A stretch of DNA of 24,000 nt, taken from contig NZ_CP064923.1 of assembly GCF_018336915.1 (NCBI RefSeq), forward strand, positions 4,779,846 through 4,803,845, given 5' to 3'. Below the pieces are notes generated by a model that was not told the origin of the DNA, searched no databases, and was given only the letters and a program-made list of their open reading frames with translations. Positions 1 to 8,806 of this stretch are shown one piece after another. The position numbers were made by a program, and so were the translations under genes. Source of the stretch: Acaryochloris marina S15 (GTDB taxonomy: Bacteria > Cyanobacteriota > Cyanobacteriia > Thermosynechococcales > Thermosynechococcaceae). Every line of letters starts with the position of its first letter. Positions within the stretch are counted from its first letter, which is position 1.

Positions 1-406
1 CAGCAAACTGTAGGGCAACATCAAGATTGAGAGTCCATGAGATGCCCTGTAGTAAAGGATGATCATGGCCGCGGAATATCATCAATTCGTCTGATAATAC
101 CGCCAGTTTTTCCTGTTCGGCAGACGTCATCATATTGTGAACATGCTTGCTAAGTGGTAAATCAACCATAGTACCTAGCATTAATTCAAGAAATGATGAT
201 GATTGCCCCAGTGACTCAGGATTTGTCCAAATTTGGCCTAGCATTCTGAAGTATTCAGGATCTCGCTCTGGGAAATCAGGCTTATTTAATTCTTCAATAC
301 AAAATTTTAGAATTCGCTCCACGACTTCTAAATGAGGGTAATAAGATTGCCACAAATATAGTCCGCGATCTCTTTTGTGCTTTGCCTTTTGATCTTGGTA
401 AACCTT
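1..406 (-). pseudogene. 3' portion (runs off the window) of an ORF interrupted by the IS at 407-2183; function unknown
   Basis: The minus-strand frame is open from 406 down to base 1 (KVYQDQKAKHKRDRGLYLWQSYYPHLEVVERILKF...MMTSAEQEKLAVLSDELMIFRGHDHPLLQGISWTLNLDVALQFA). There are 54 sense codons before the first ATG (242-244). It is absent from the ORF track because it has no stop inside the window. Confidence 0.5.
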
Positions 407-2183
407 ATTAATCCGACATTCAGCAGGTACTAACCATCAAGGGATAATTTTGAGGTTGTCTCTCAACGCAAGTCCATGTATTCACCTCAAGAGATAGACG
501 TTCAGGATATTGACCATCTCGGTATTATTGCCGGTATCGTCGATGAGATCGGCATTGTCGAAATAGTGGATCGATTATTAGGTACTCACGAGCAAGAGAA
601 TGTTAGTTGTGGTCAAGTTGTCAAAGCCCTGATTCTAAATGGTATGGGCTTTTTGAGTGCTCCATTGTACTTATTTAGTGAGTTTTTCGAAAGCAAAGCA
701 ACCGAGCACTTACTCGGTCAAGGTGTACTGCCAGAGCACCTCAACGATACCCGTATCGGTCGAGTCCTCGACAAGCTCTATGCCTATGGTGTGACCCAGA
801 TATTTATCCATGTGGCAATGGCAGTCGTTCAGAAATTCGATGTAGCTCTAAGGTGTGCGCATCTAGATGCGACAAGCCTTAGTGTTGAGGGGCAATACTT
901 AGATAAACCACAGGTTGAGGCGTCAGACGAATCCCCCTCTGCACCTGAGTCCCCCTCCCCTGCACTGGCTGAATCAGAGGAGCCGATACCCGTGAAAATC
1001 ACCTACGGCTACTCACGGGACAATCGTCGTGATCTCAAGCAGTTTGTATTGAACCTACTGGTGAGTGGGGACGGGGGTATTCCTTTATTTTTACAAGTGG
1101 GCAACGGTAATGATGCGGACAAAAGTACGTTTGTGCCTATCATCCATGAATTTAAGCAACAGTGGAGTCAGCAACAGCCAGAGGTGATTGTTGCTGATAG
1201 TGCCCTCTACAGTGCCGACAATCTGCAAGCATTAGGAAGTACATCTTGGATTAGCCGAGTTCCAGCAAGTTCAACGGCAGCCCAAGACTTATTACAAGGG
1301 CTGCCGGGTTCACAGTTTCACCCCAGTGCTCTCAACGGCTATAGCTTTGTCGAAGTATGTAGTACCTATGGAGAGATTCAACAACGGTGGCTGGTGGTTG
1401 AAAGTAAAGCTCGCAGAGACTCTGGACTCAAACAAGTGCAAAAGCGGATTGATCAGGCGTTTAGCCAAAAAACTACTGCACTTAAAACCCTCTGCAAACA
1501 GACCTTCTTGTGCCCTGCAGATGCTTTAGCTGCAGCCCAAGATTTTGGCAAAATCCTCAGGTATCACACCCTTGACGATCTCAAAATCCACAAAAAACCT
1601 CATTATTCAAAGGCTGGACGACCGACAAAAGCAACGGTTGTGACTCACTACACCTATTCTATTGAGGCTACCTTAACCCTCAATGAGCCAGTCATCGAAC
1701 GCTATCGGCGGCAAGCAGGTCGTTTCATCTTAGCCACCAATCTCTTGGAACAAGAGCAATGGAGCAATGATGATATTCTGCGCGAGTATAAGAACCAGCA
1801 GGCGTGTGAAGGAGGCTTTCGCTTTATCAAAGATCCACTCTTCTTTGCCTCTAGTGTTTTCCTGAAGACACCTCGGCGTATCGCTGCCTTAGCCATGATC
1901 ATGGCCTTGTGTTTGATGGTCTACAGCTTAGGACAACGACAGTTAAGAAATGCACTAGAACAAGTACAAACAACTCTCCCTAATCAGAAGGGGAAACAAA
2001 CTATGAAACCTACGTTACGTTGGATTCTCCAATGCTTTCAGGCCGTCCATTTAGTTTGGCTTGATGGTGCCAAGCATCTCATCAAGCTCAACAGCAGGCA
2101 GCAACTTATCTTGCCGTTCCTTGGGAAGGGCTGTAAAAAATATTATCTGCTCTGCTAGCTAGCCTGCTGAATGTAGGATTAAT
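407..2183 (+). mobile_element. IS1634-family (IS4 superfamily) insertion sequence
   Basis: Terminal inverted repeats: ATTAATCCGACATTCAGCAGG at 407-427, versus the reverse complement of 2163-2183 (ATTAATCCTACATTCAGCAGG), 20/21 identical. They enclose a single 560-aa DDE transposase ORF. No clean target duplication abuts these ends. An AACCTT hexamer occurs at 401-406 and 2195-2200, so the right end could instead be 2194. Confidence 0.85.
476..2158 (+). CDS. IS1634/IS4-family DDE transposase
   Basis: 560-aa ORF. The N-terminus (DIDHLGIIAGIVDEIGIVEIVDRLLG...GQVVKALILNGMGF) and the central/C-terminal regions (VADSALYS, RFILATN, YKNQQACEGGFRFIKDP) are typical of IS1634-group transposases. It is flanked by the IRs. 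Confidence 0.9.
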   Translation: MYSPQEIDVQDIDHLGIIAGIVDEIGIVEIVDRLLGTHEQENVSCGQVVKALILNGMGFLSAPLYLFSEFFESKATEHLLGQGVLPEHLNDTRIGRVLDKLYAYGVTQIFIHVAMAVVQKFDVALRCAHLDATSLSVEGQYLDKPQVEASDESPSAPESPSPALAESEEPIPVKITYGYSRDNRRDLKQFVLNLLVSGDGGIPLFLQVGNGNDADKSTFVPIIHEFKQQWSQQQPEVIVADSALYSADNLQALGSTSWISRVPASSTAAQDLLQGLPGSQFHPSALNGYSFVEVCSTYGEIQQRWLVVESKARRDSGLKQVQKRIDQAFSQKTTALKTLCKQTFLCPADALAAAQDFGKILRYHTLDDLKIHKKPHYSKAGRPTKATVVTHYTYSIEATLTLNEPVIERYRRQAGRFILATNLLEQEQWSNDDILREYKNQQACEGGFRFIKDPLFFASSVFLKTPRRIAALAMIMALCLMVYSLGQRQLRNALEQVQTTLPNQKGKQTMKPTLRWILQCFQAVHLVWLDGAKHLIKLNSRQQLILPFLGKGCKKYYLLC

Positions 2184-2336
2184 CCGCCCATAGAACCTTG
2201 GAGCGTTCGCCCATTCAAAATCTACTAGAGGATGGTGGAGTCCATCCTCAGATAGATAAGGCTGAAGATCAGGATGTAAACTTGGCAGCCTATAAGTTTG
2301 GAGAACTTGATTGATATCGGGTCTTGGTGACGACAT
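2184..2336 (-). pseudogene. 5' portion (51 codons) of the ORF interrupted by the IS
   Basis: ATG at 2336. The translation MSSPRPDINQVLQTYRLPSLHPDLQPYLSEDGLHHPLVDFEWANAPRFYGR ends exactly at the IS right IR. The tail of track ORF 2106..2336 (INPTFSRLA...) is read-through into IS sequence. Confidence 0.5.
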
Positions 2337-2613
2337 CTTTATGGTTTGAGAGTTAGTTCAGATACTCATTTGATGCTAACTCGACATACCTCCGTTCACC
2401 TTCTTCTGGTCATCCCACATACAGGTCAGGTATAAAGCGGTTCAGCCATTCTGCTGAGCATCCCAATTTATAGCAATGCAATGGTCGGGCAATCATAGAT
2501 GACGGGCTGCATAGAAATTGACCGCAAGATTGTGACAGTACCGCAACAGGTTGATAGTGGCATTTAAAAGGTTTTCCTAAGCTGAGATTGTCTTGACTTA
2601 GGAGAGCAACATT

Positions 2614-3237
2614 ATGCAATTACTCGTTTTCGGGGCAACAGGAAGCGTGGGTCGCCATGTAGTTGAACAAGCCTTGGCTCAGGGGCACACCGTTACAGCC
2701 TTTGCCCGTAATCCCCAGAAATTTGATATTCAGAACCCTCATCTCAAGCTTTTTCAGGGCGATGTCATGGATTTCCCAACTGTTGTGAGGGCAATGCAAG
2801 GGCAAGATGCTGTGCTCTGTTCTCTGGGAGCCGGTCGAAATGGAGTGATTCGCTCTGAAGGTACTCGGCATATTGTCCAGGCAATGGAGAATGCCTCTAT
2901 ATCACGTCTGATTTGTCAGACCACATTAGGGGTTGGTGATAGCCGAAGCAATCTAGATTTCTTTTGGAAATACATCATGTTTGGGCTGCTATTGCGGCCT
3001 GCCTATGCGGATCATGTGACCCAAGAAACCTACGTCAAACAAAGCAATTTGGACTGGACTATCGTCCGTCCTGCAGCATTTACGGACAAGCCTCAAACGG
3101 AAGCCTATCTGCATGGCTTTCCAGCCGATCAACAAGGGCTAACCCTCACCATTTCTAGAGCCGATGTAGCCGACTTTATGCTGCAGCAATTGCAAGACCC
3201 TACCTATTTACACCAAACACCAGGCTTGTCCTATTAA
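2614..3237 (+). CDS. NAD(P)H-binding atypical SDR / NmrA-like oxidoreductase (flavin/biliverdin reductase-like)
   Basis: N-terminal Rossmann motif VFGATGSVGRHVV, a 207-aa length typical of the family, and a GGAG Shine-Dalgarno (taGGAGagcaacattATG) upstream. Confidence 0.85.
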   Translation: MQLLVFGATGSVGRHVVEQALAQGHTVTAFARNPQKFDIQNPHLKLFQGDVMDFPTVVRAMQGQDAVLCSLGAGRNGVIRSEGTRHIVQAMENASISRLICQTTLGVGDSRSNLDFFWKYIMFGLLLRPAYADHVTQETYVKQSNLDWTIVRPAAFTDKPQTEAYLHGFPADQQGLTLTISRADVADFMLQQLQDPTYLHQTPGLSY

Positions 3238-3284
3238 CCACAGTCTATCTTCGTCGAATTGATGTATTCAGTAGGAGAATCACC

Positions 3285-3776
3285 ATGTCAAATCAACTTC
3301 TTTTTTCCATCAAATTGTTCTCGATTCTAGGCTGTGGACTGGTTGCTGGGATGTTCTTTGCTTTCTCAACCTTTGTGATGCTTGCCTTGGAGCAACGACC
3401 ACCCGCTGAAGGGATTGCGGTCATGCAAGCCATTAATATCACAGTGATCAATCCTTGGTTTATGGTCGCGTTTCTCGGAACGGCTGTCACTTGCCTGGGT
3501 CTGGCGATTTCTTCACTGATGCAGTGGCAACAACTGGGGTCTGCCTATCTGCTAATGGGAAGCCTGTTATACCTGATCGGCACTCTATTCGTCACCATGC
3601 GGTTTAACGTGCCAATGAACGATGCCCTAGCGATTGTTCAACCCAATAGCCCTGATGCAGTTGGTCTTTGGAACCACTACCTGACCCAATGGACATTCTG
3701 GAATCATATCCGCACTGCTGCTGCTCTAGCTGCAACAGCATCACTAACCCTCGCCCTGAGAGCACCCCAGTTATAA
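3285..3776 (+). CDS. DUF1772 (anthrone oxygenase-like) integral membrane protein
   Basis: 163 aa with four hydrophobic helices. The pattern GLVAGMFFAFSTFVM...RFNVPMN...W..WNHIRT is characteristic of DUF1772. AGGAG lies upstream of the ATG. Confidence 0.75.
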   Translation: MSNQLLFSIKLFSILGCGLVAGMFFAFSTFVMLALEQRPPAEGIAVMQAINITVINPWFMVAFLGTAVTCLGLAISSLMQWQQLGSAYLLMGSLLYLIGTLFVTMRFNVPMNDALAIVQPNSPDAVGLWNHYLTQWTFWNHIRTAAALAATASLTLALRAPQL

Positions 3777-3790
3777 ATGCTCAGATATGG

Positions 3791-3879
3791 CTTACTCCCA
3801 TCCCAGCATAAGATTGGGTATTCAGATTCTTGATAAATAAGAATTTCAATGATATTTAGATGCACGATCTTATGGCGGG
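3791..3879. repeat. Long imperfect inverted repeat / nested hairpin between convergent genes (possible bidirectional terminator)
   Basis: The arm at 3792-3814 (TTACTCCCATCCCAGCATAAGAT) matches the reverse complement of 3857-3879 at 20/23. There is an inner palindrome ATTCTTgataaatAAGAAT. Confidence 0.5.
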
Positions 3880-3898
3880 AAGGGAGTAAAAAGTGCTA

Positions 3899-4816
3899 TT
3901 AAGCCTTCTGAACTGCAGCTTCTTTGGCACCCAATTGAGAATCTTCTTCTACCACCTCAGTCGACCCTCGCAATTTTGGATCTAATGCATCTCGCAAGGC
4001 ATCACTGACAACATTTAAGGCATAAATAATCAAGAACATAGTAAATACAACCCCCGCCAAGGGCCACCAGATCCCCTGAACTAATTCCCCGGTTGCATCC
4101 GAAATCATAGACCCCCAACTGGCTCCATCTTGAATACCTACGCCCAAAAAGGTCAGAATCACTTCTGATTTGATTGCCCCAAGAATTTGGAGAGAGGCAC
4201 TGATAATCGCTAAATGTACAACGTTGGGCAGAATATGCCTAAAAATGATCTGCAGGTCGTTGGCACCAATGACTCGTGCTGCAGCTACATATTCAAGATT
4301 GCGGTTTTTGAGGACCTCACTCCGAATCAGGCGACACAGACCGACCCAACCGAGTAGCCCCATTGCCAGACAAATAGCAACTAGACCCTTGCCAATCACA
4401 TAAGAGATAGCAATCACCATCAAAATATAAGGCACAGAACTGATGACGGTGTAGAGCCAAACAATACCCACATCCACTAAACCACCGTAATATCCAGCAA
4501 CGGCTCCTAACGTCACTCCAAGGGGAACAGAGATACTGGTCACCAAGATGCCAATCAGCATCGCCGTTTTGGTTCCAGCTAGAATTTTATATAGGACTGA
4601 GCGACCAAATATATCCGTGCCCAACAGTTTTGCGAGGCCTAGAGAAGGAGCTTCGTATCCTGTCGCTACCCGAGTTTGGTAATCGGGCAGCAGATTTAAG
4701 ATACCTAGTAAAGCCACAAAAATATAAACAGCAATAATCCCCAAGCAGATGACGACTAACTTTTGACGACTCAGCTTTTGGGCAGCGTCCCAATAGAGGT
4801 TATTAAAACGGGGCAT
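3899..4816 (-). CDS. ABC transporter permease, DppC/OppC-like (peptide/nickel family)
   Basis: Multi-pass membrane protein with a binding-protein-dependent transport signature region (AARVIGANDLQIIFRHILPN). I prefer the ATG at 4816 (MPRFNNLYW), which is preceded by GAGGAA 5 nt upstream. The track start at 4858 would overlap the upstream gene by 35 nt. Confidence 0.85.
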   Translation of the reverse strand: MPRFNNLYWDAAQKLSRQKLVVICLGIIAVYIFVALLGILNLLPDYQTRVATGYEAPSLGLAKLLGTDIFGRSVLYKILAGTKTAMLIGILVTSISVPLGVTLGAVAGYYGGLVDVGIVWLYTVISSVPYILMVIAISYVIGKGLVAICLAMGLLGWVGLCRLIRSEVLKNRNLEYVAAARVIGANDLQIIFRHILPNVVHLAIISASLQILGAIKSEVILTFLGVGIQDGASWGSMISDATGELVQGIWWPLAGVVFTMFLIIYALNVVSDALRDALDPKLRGSTEVVEEDSQLGAKEAAVQKA

Positions 4817-4823
4817 GGGTTCC

Positions 4824-5756
4824 TCAATGTAGTTTGACGCGCGGATCCACCGCAGCAATGAGCAAATCCGTCAGAAGATTAAACAGTGCATAGGTCATCG
4901 TGATATACATCGTCATCCCTTTGAGTACGGGGAAATCACCATTATTAATGGCTGTAATCATCAAATCGCCTAAGCCAGGAATACTAAAAAATCGCTCCAT
5001 TAAGAACGAGCCCAATATTAAGAAGGGAACCGCCACGATAGTAAAAGTCAGGATGGGAATCATGGCGTTTTTGAGAATATGGATAAAGAGGATACTGCGT
5101 TCGCTTACCCCTTTAGCCCGAGCCGTACGAACATAATTAGCCTGCATCTCATTCAGAAAGATCGTTCTATAGATGCGCACATCTGGGCCAATGGATACCA
5201 GGATAATAATCAGCCACGGTAAGGCCAGATAAGGAAGTGCATCCCATCCTGGCGCATAGCCATTGATGGGAAACCACTCAAACTCATAGGCCAGAAAATA
5301 CTGCATGGCAATGATATAAACCAAGTAAGAGAAACTCATGGAAATCACCGCTGTGGCCGTTGAAAAGCGATCAATCCAGGTATCTCGGTAGTAAGCAATC
5401 ATCATTGCGATCGCAATATTCAATACCAAACCAAAAACAAAAGGTGGTAGCGTCAAGCTCAGAGACACCAACGCCCCACTAGCAAACGCTTCACTCAAAA
5501 CCTCGCCCGTAAAGTAAGACTCTCCATAATTAAAGGTGACAATTTGCCCCAGAAAGCTAATGAACTGCCTCCATAGGGGCTGATCCAATCCCCAAAGCGC
5601 TTCTAGATCCGCAATCGCTTGCGGTGTGGCATGTTGTCCTAAAGCCACTCTAACGGGGTCTTCCCCAGCAGCGGTGAATAACACAAAAACTAAAACAGCA
5701 ACCCCAAAAATGGTGGGAATGATATAGAGGAGGCGGCGAATGATATACCCAACCAT
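4824..5756 (-). CDS. ABC transporter permease, DppB/OppB-like
   Basis: 310 aa. N-terminus MVGYIIRRLLYIIPTIFGV and EAA-loop region YVRTARAKGVSERSILFIHILKNA are typical of DppB/OppB. The start overlaps the binding-protein stop (TAATG at 5754-5758). Confidence 0.9.
   Translation of the reverse strand: MVGYIIRRLLYIIPTIFGVAVLVFVLFTAAGEDPVRVALGQHATPQAIADLEALWGLDQPLWRQFISFLGQIVTFNYGESYFTGEVLSEAFASGALVSLSLTLPPFVFGLVLNIAIAMMIAYYRDTWIDRFSTATAVISMSFSYLVYIIAMQYFLAYEFEWFPINGYAPGWDALPYLALPWLIIILVSIGPDVRIYRTIFLNEMQANYVRTARAKGVSERSILFIHILKNAMIPILTFTIVAVPFLILGSFLMERFFSIPGLGDLMITAINNGDFPVLKGMTMYITMTYALFNLLTDLLIAAVDPRVKLH
5407..5414. repeat. HIP1 (GCGATCGC) palindrome, one of seven in the window
   Basis: GCGATCGC occurs at 5407, 8065, 8832, 12360, 16516, 17056 and 22731. 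Such over-representation is a hallmark of many cyanobacterial genomes. Confidence 0.7.
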
Positions 5757-7570
5757 TACTTCAGTCCTTCAGCCTTCATTTCTGTATCAATATCCAGAAA
5801 TTTAGCAGTCGATCCCAACATCAGGTTCGGCTTGGAATTCAGCAGCCATTTCTGGCGCATCCCTACACTAATAGGTGCTTTCAAAAAGACCACTGGAACA
5901 TCTGCTTTCAGTAACAACGCCATCTTTTCAATAATCTGATTACGCTCTGATCCGGCAGGCATCCGTCGCATCTGCTCATACAGTCGATCAAATTCAGGGT
6001 TTTGGTAAGAGCCATCATTGGGTCCCGGCGCTTTATTAGGACCATAGAAGAGTTGATAGAAGTTCTCGGCATCGGGATAGTCGGCTCTCCACCCCCCACT
6101 GGCTAGCTGAAAACTGCCTCCTTCCTTACGACCTAAATAGTCAGAGAAGGATAGAAATTCACCCTTTAACTGAATGCCAGATTTAGCCAGTTGCGCCCGC
6201 AGAAACTCATGATTCTGACGGGTAATATTATCTTGTGATCCATATAGGATAACGACAGGAGGAAGTCCTTTCCCCTCTGGATATCCAGCTTCTTTTAACT
6301 TGGCTTTGGCCTTTTGCAAGTTGTGAGAATACCATTGGACCGAAACGGACTGCTCACTCCCCGCAATCGGTAGCGGCACGATGGTATTAAGGGTATGGCC
6401 ACGACCATTTTCCATTTTCTCAATATAGGCTGGAGTATCCAGGGCATAGGCTAAGGCTTGACGTAGCACCTTATTTTGGCCAAAGACTTTATCTCTAAAG
6501 TTAATAGTGATGTAAAAAGAGGAGAGTGCATCAACGGAGGAAATATTAAATTGCTTAGCAAACTTACCCTTGAGCTGAAACTCATTGCTCACTTTTTCAG
6601 CCATTTTGGTGAAATTATCCCGATCAATACCAATGGAGTCCAACTCTCCACTCAGAAATTTGAGCATTCGAGGCTGCGCTTCTTCGATCAGGGGAATTCG
6701 AACTTCGTCAACAAAAGGGAGCTGTTCTCCTGCGTTGGTGAGTAGACCCTGGCTTTGATCGTCCGGATCTCCTTCAGTGGGATAGGTGCCATGGTAGTTG
6801 GGGTTTTTCTTAAGCACCATCACCCCTTTGCGCGGATTTTTAGCCAAGGTAAAGGGGCCAGTCCCGACAGCATGATGTTCTAATTTACGGCCATACTTCT
6901 CAACGGCTTCCTTTGGCACAATCGACAATGCATTGGTAGCAAAAGACATGAGTAACAATGGATCAGGCTCAATCATCACAATCTTAAAGGTGTACTCATC
7001 GACCTTTTCTAGACCAGCAATATTCTCCTGGTCATAATCTAGATCCTTTTGTTGACGGGTTTTTTCCCGAAACTCATCCAGCCCCTTAATTCGATTTTGA
7101 AGTAGTGCTGGATAACTTTGGGGATTGACGTTCACGTCTGCAAATCGCTTGATCGTGAACAGGACATCATCTGCTGTCAGTTCTCGCCCTTTCCCGCCTG
7201 AGAAACACGGATCATCATGAAACTTGATACCTTTGCGAAGTTTGAACGTGTAGGTGAGCTTATCCTCTCCTATCTCAGGCATAGACTCTAAAAGATTTGG
7301 GGTTAACTCATAGGGACGTTTGAGATAGTGATAGTCCAAGAGAGGGTCATAGATATGACTAATGATTCGGGAAGATGCTGCATCAAACTGTTTAGGTGGA
7401 TCGAGGCTCCTATAGACATCCCCCCGATAAGAATCCAATACTTTGACATCGGTATTCCCCACACCGTCTCGTGGGCGACACCCAAGGGGCACTGCCACTG
7501 TGGCGATAAGTAAGGCAGACAAAACTAATTGGGGTGCTTTTTGCCAGATTGAAATTCTCTGTACAGCCAT
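5756..7570 (-). CDS. ABC transporter substrate-binding lipoprotein, family 5 (peptide/nickel)
   Basis: Family-5 SBP-like sequence throughout. The likely start is the ATG at 7570 (MAVQRISIWQKAPQLVLSALLIATVAVPLGC), giving a signal peptide plus lipobox. The track start at 7621 adds 17 unlikely residues. Confidence 0.85.
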   Translation of the reverse strand: MAVQRISIWQKAPQLVLSALLIATVAVPLGCRPRDGVGNTDVKVLDSYRGDVYRSLDPPKQFDAASSRIISHIYDPLLDYHYLKRPYELTPNLLESMPEIGEDKLTYTFKLRKGIKFHDDPCFSGGKGRELTADDVLFTIKRFADVNVNPQSYPALLQNRIKGLDEFREKTRQQKDLDYDQENIAGLEKVDEYTFKIVMIEPDPLLLMSFATNALSIVPKEAVEKYGRKLEHHAVGTGPFTLAKNPRKGVMVLKKNPNYHGTYPTEGDPDDQSQGLLTNAGEQLPFVDEVRIPLIEEAQPRMLKFLSGELDSIGIDRDNFTKMAEKVSNEFQLKGKFAKQFNISSVDALSSFYITINFRDKVFGQNKVLRQALAYALDTPAYIEKMENGRGHTLNTIVPLPIAGSEQSVSVQWYSHNLQKAKAKLKEAGYPEGKGLPPVVILYGSQDNITRQNHEFLRAQLAKSGIQLKGEFLSFSDYLGRKEGGSFQLASGGWRADYPDAENFYQLFYGPNKAPGPNDGSYQNPEFDRLYEQMRRMPAGSERNQIIEKMALLLKADVPVVFLKAPISVGMRQKWLLNSKPNLMLGSTAKFLDIDTEMKAEGLK

Positions 7571-7701
7571 AAATTCAGACAACGCTACATAAACGACAAA
7601 CCCATCAGAGGGAATCATCAAACCGTTGAGACAAGATTAATGGGAAGTTATGGTTTGATCAAATCTGAGTGTTCATTTAGATCGTATTGTGGCACCAATG
7701 C

Positions 7702-7731
7702 CCAAAAACCGCCCCTACTCATCGCAGGGGC
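7702..7731 (-). terminator. Rho-independent terminator candidate downstream of the SIMPL gene
   Basis: The minus strand reads GCCCCT-gcgatgagt-AGGGGC followed by GGTTTTTGGG. It lies about 85 nt after the stop at 7815. Confidence 0.55.
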
Positions 7732-7814
7732 TATCCCAATATTTTCTGCTCATAGCAAATTATAGATGGGCCATCAAGTGATGCCGATCGGGAATAACTA
7801 TCGCTAAAAGAGGC

Positions 7815-8579
7815 TTAGTATCTGATGTGTAGAGTGACCGAGGCCCTTACCGTTTGTTCACCTCCGACAACAGGGGTAGACGCGGCTTCTCCTCGCAACA
7901 TGCTCGTTGTCTGAAATGGAACTGGGGGCGGCACAGGTGCATTAGCACCGTTAATTTGAATACTAATGACGTCTTGGGGAGAGAGATTGAGCGCAGATAG
8001 TACAGCCCTGGCCTGAGCTTGGGCATCCTGAGTGGCCTTGGTTAAAGCTTGTTTTTGGGCCGTTGCGATCGCATCTTCTGTAGCAACAAACGATACGTTA
8101 TCAATCCGGGACGCTCCTGCCTTCACGGTATCGTCCATCAAGGCTCCTGCTGATGCAATATCGACCCGAAAACTGACCACATTGCTCCCTCGATATCCCA
8201 CTAGTCGCCGTTGACCGTTATTGGAGCTGTAGTTCGGCCTCAGATTAATCCCTGTTGTTTCCAGCTTGTCCACCTTGCGAGACTTTAAGAGAGAGACAAC
8301 GGCAGCAGAACGGCTGGCGACCTGTTGCTGAACCACCTCGGCAGTTTTGCCTTGAACCTCCACACCCAAGCGCACCTGTGCTTCAGTAGTCTGAATATTT
8401 TCAACCCCTTGCCCGGTGACTGACAGCACACGATACTGCCGTTCTGAAATCGTTGGCGGCTGGGGTTGGGCATAAATGGGTCCCGATAGCCCTAACAGAA
8501 TCGTCACTCCTAAGAGGCCAGAGCAAGCAAAATGGCGGACGAAATAGCCTTGATGGTCAACAGAACGATCAGATTTCAT
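7815..8579 (-). CDS. SIMPL-domain (DUF541) periplasmic protein
   Basis: Signal peptide, then the typical SIMPL pattern (VTGQG...AQVRLGVEVQGKTA...GYRGSNVVSFRVD...VSF...). Confidence 0.8.
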   Translation of the reverse strand: MKSDRSVDHQGYFVRHFACSGLLGVTILLGLSGPIYAQPQPPTISERQYRVLSVTGQGVENIQTTEAQVRLGVEVQGKTAEVVQQQVASRSAAVVSLLKSRKVDKLETTGINLRPNYSSNNGQRRLVGYRGSNVVSFRVDIASAGALMDDTVKAGASRIDNVSFVATEDAIATAQKQALTKATQDAQAQARAVLSALNLSPQDVISIQINGANAPVPPPVPFQTTSMLRGEAASTPVVGGEQTVRASVTLHIRY

Positions 8580-8806
8580 AGGGTCTTAGGTTGTGTAATT
8601 TAGAGATAAGAACAGCACTGTTGGCTTTGCTTAAGGGCAATTGTCATCCCCTCAAAGCTGTTAGTTTAGTTGTCTCCTAATATACTTTTTGGGTTCCTAG
8701 AAGGCTGTCCTCAAATAGCTCTGGACACTTGAATTGAGAGGCTCAGATAGCCAGAGCAAGATGATTTCAGAGTGCTAACGACAGTGAGTTAACAATTGTG
8801 GCGATA

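Noticed and set aside
1-130. FRG...GISWTLNLDVALQFA in the truncated left-edge ORF resembles the YRG...STS...A..F pattern of R-S-E ADP-ribosyltransferases.
   Set aside because: It is a short motif-level resemblance, with SWT instead of STS, and the region that would hold the ExE motif lies outside the window. That is not enough to make a call.
147-335. 62-aa plus-strand ORF at the left edge.
   Set aside because: It lies antisense to the longer open frame that continues off the window, and its product is low-complexity. It is probably spurious.
401-2200. AACCTT at 401-406 and 2195-2200 as the 6-bp target duplication of the IS1634-family element.
   Set aside because: It would leave 11 unpaired nt beyond the right IR and would destroy the in-frame continuity of the flanking ORF. 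It is kept as an alternative only, and other IS copies are needed to decide.
2410-2619. 69-aa minus-strand ORF in the divergent promoter region upstream of the oxidoreductase gene.
   Set aside because: No RBS and an odd Cys/Ser-rich composition. It overlaps the start and Shine-Dalgarno of the 2614 gene. It is most likely a chance ORF.
4817-4858. The track start (4858) for the DppC-like permease.
   Set aside because: It gives a 35-nt overlap with the upstream permease and has no RBS. The ATG at 4816 has a GAGGAA Shine-Dalgarno and a typical N-terminus.
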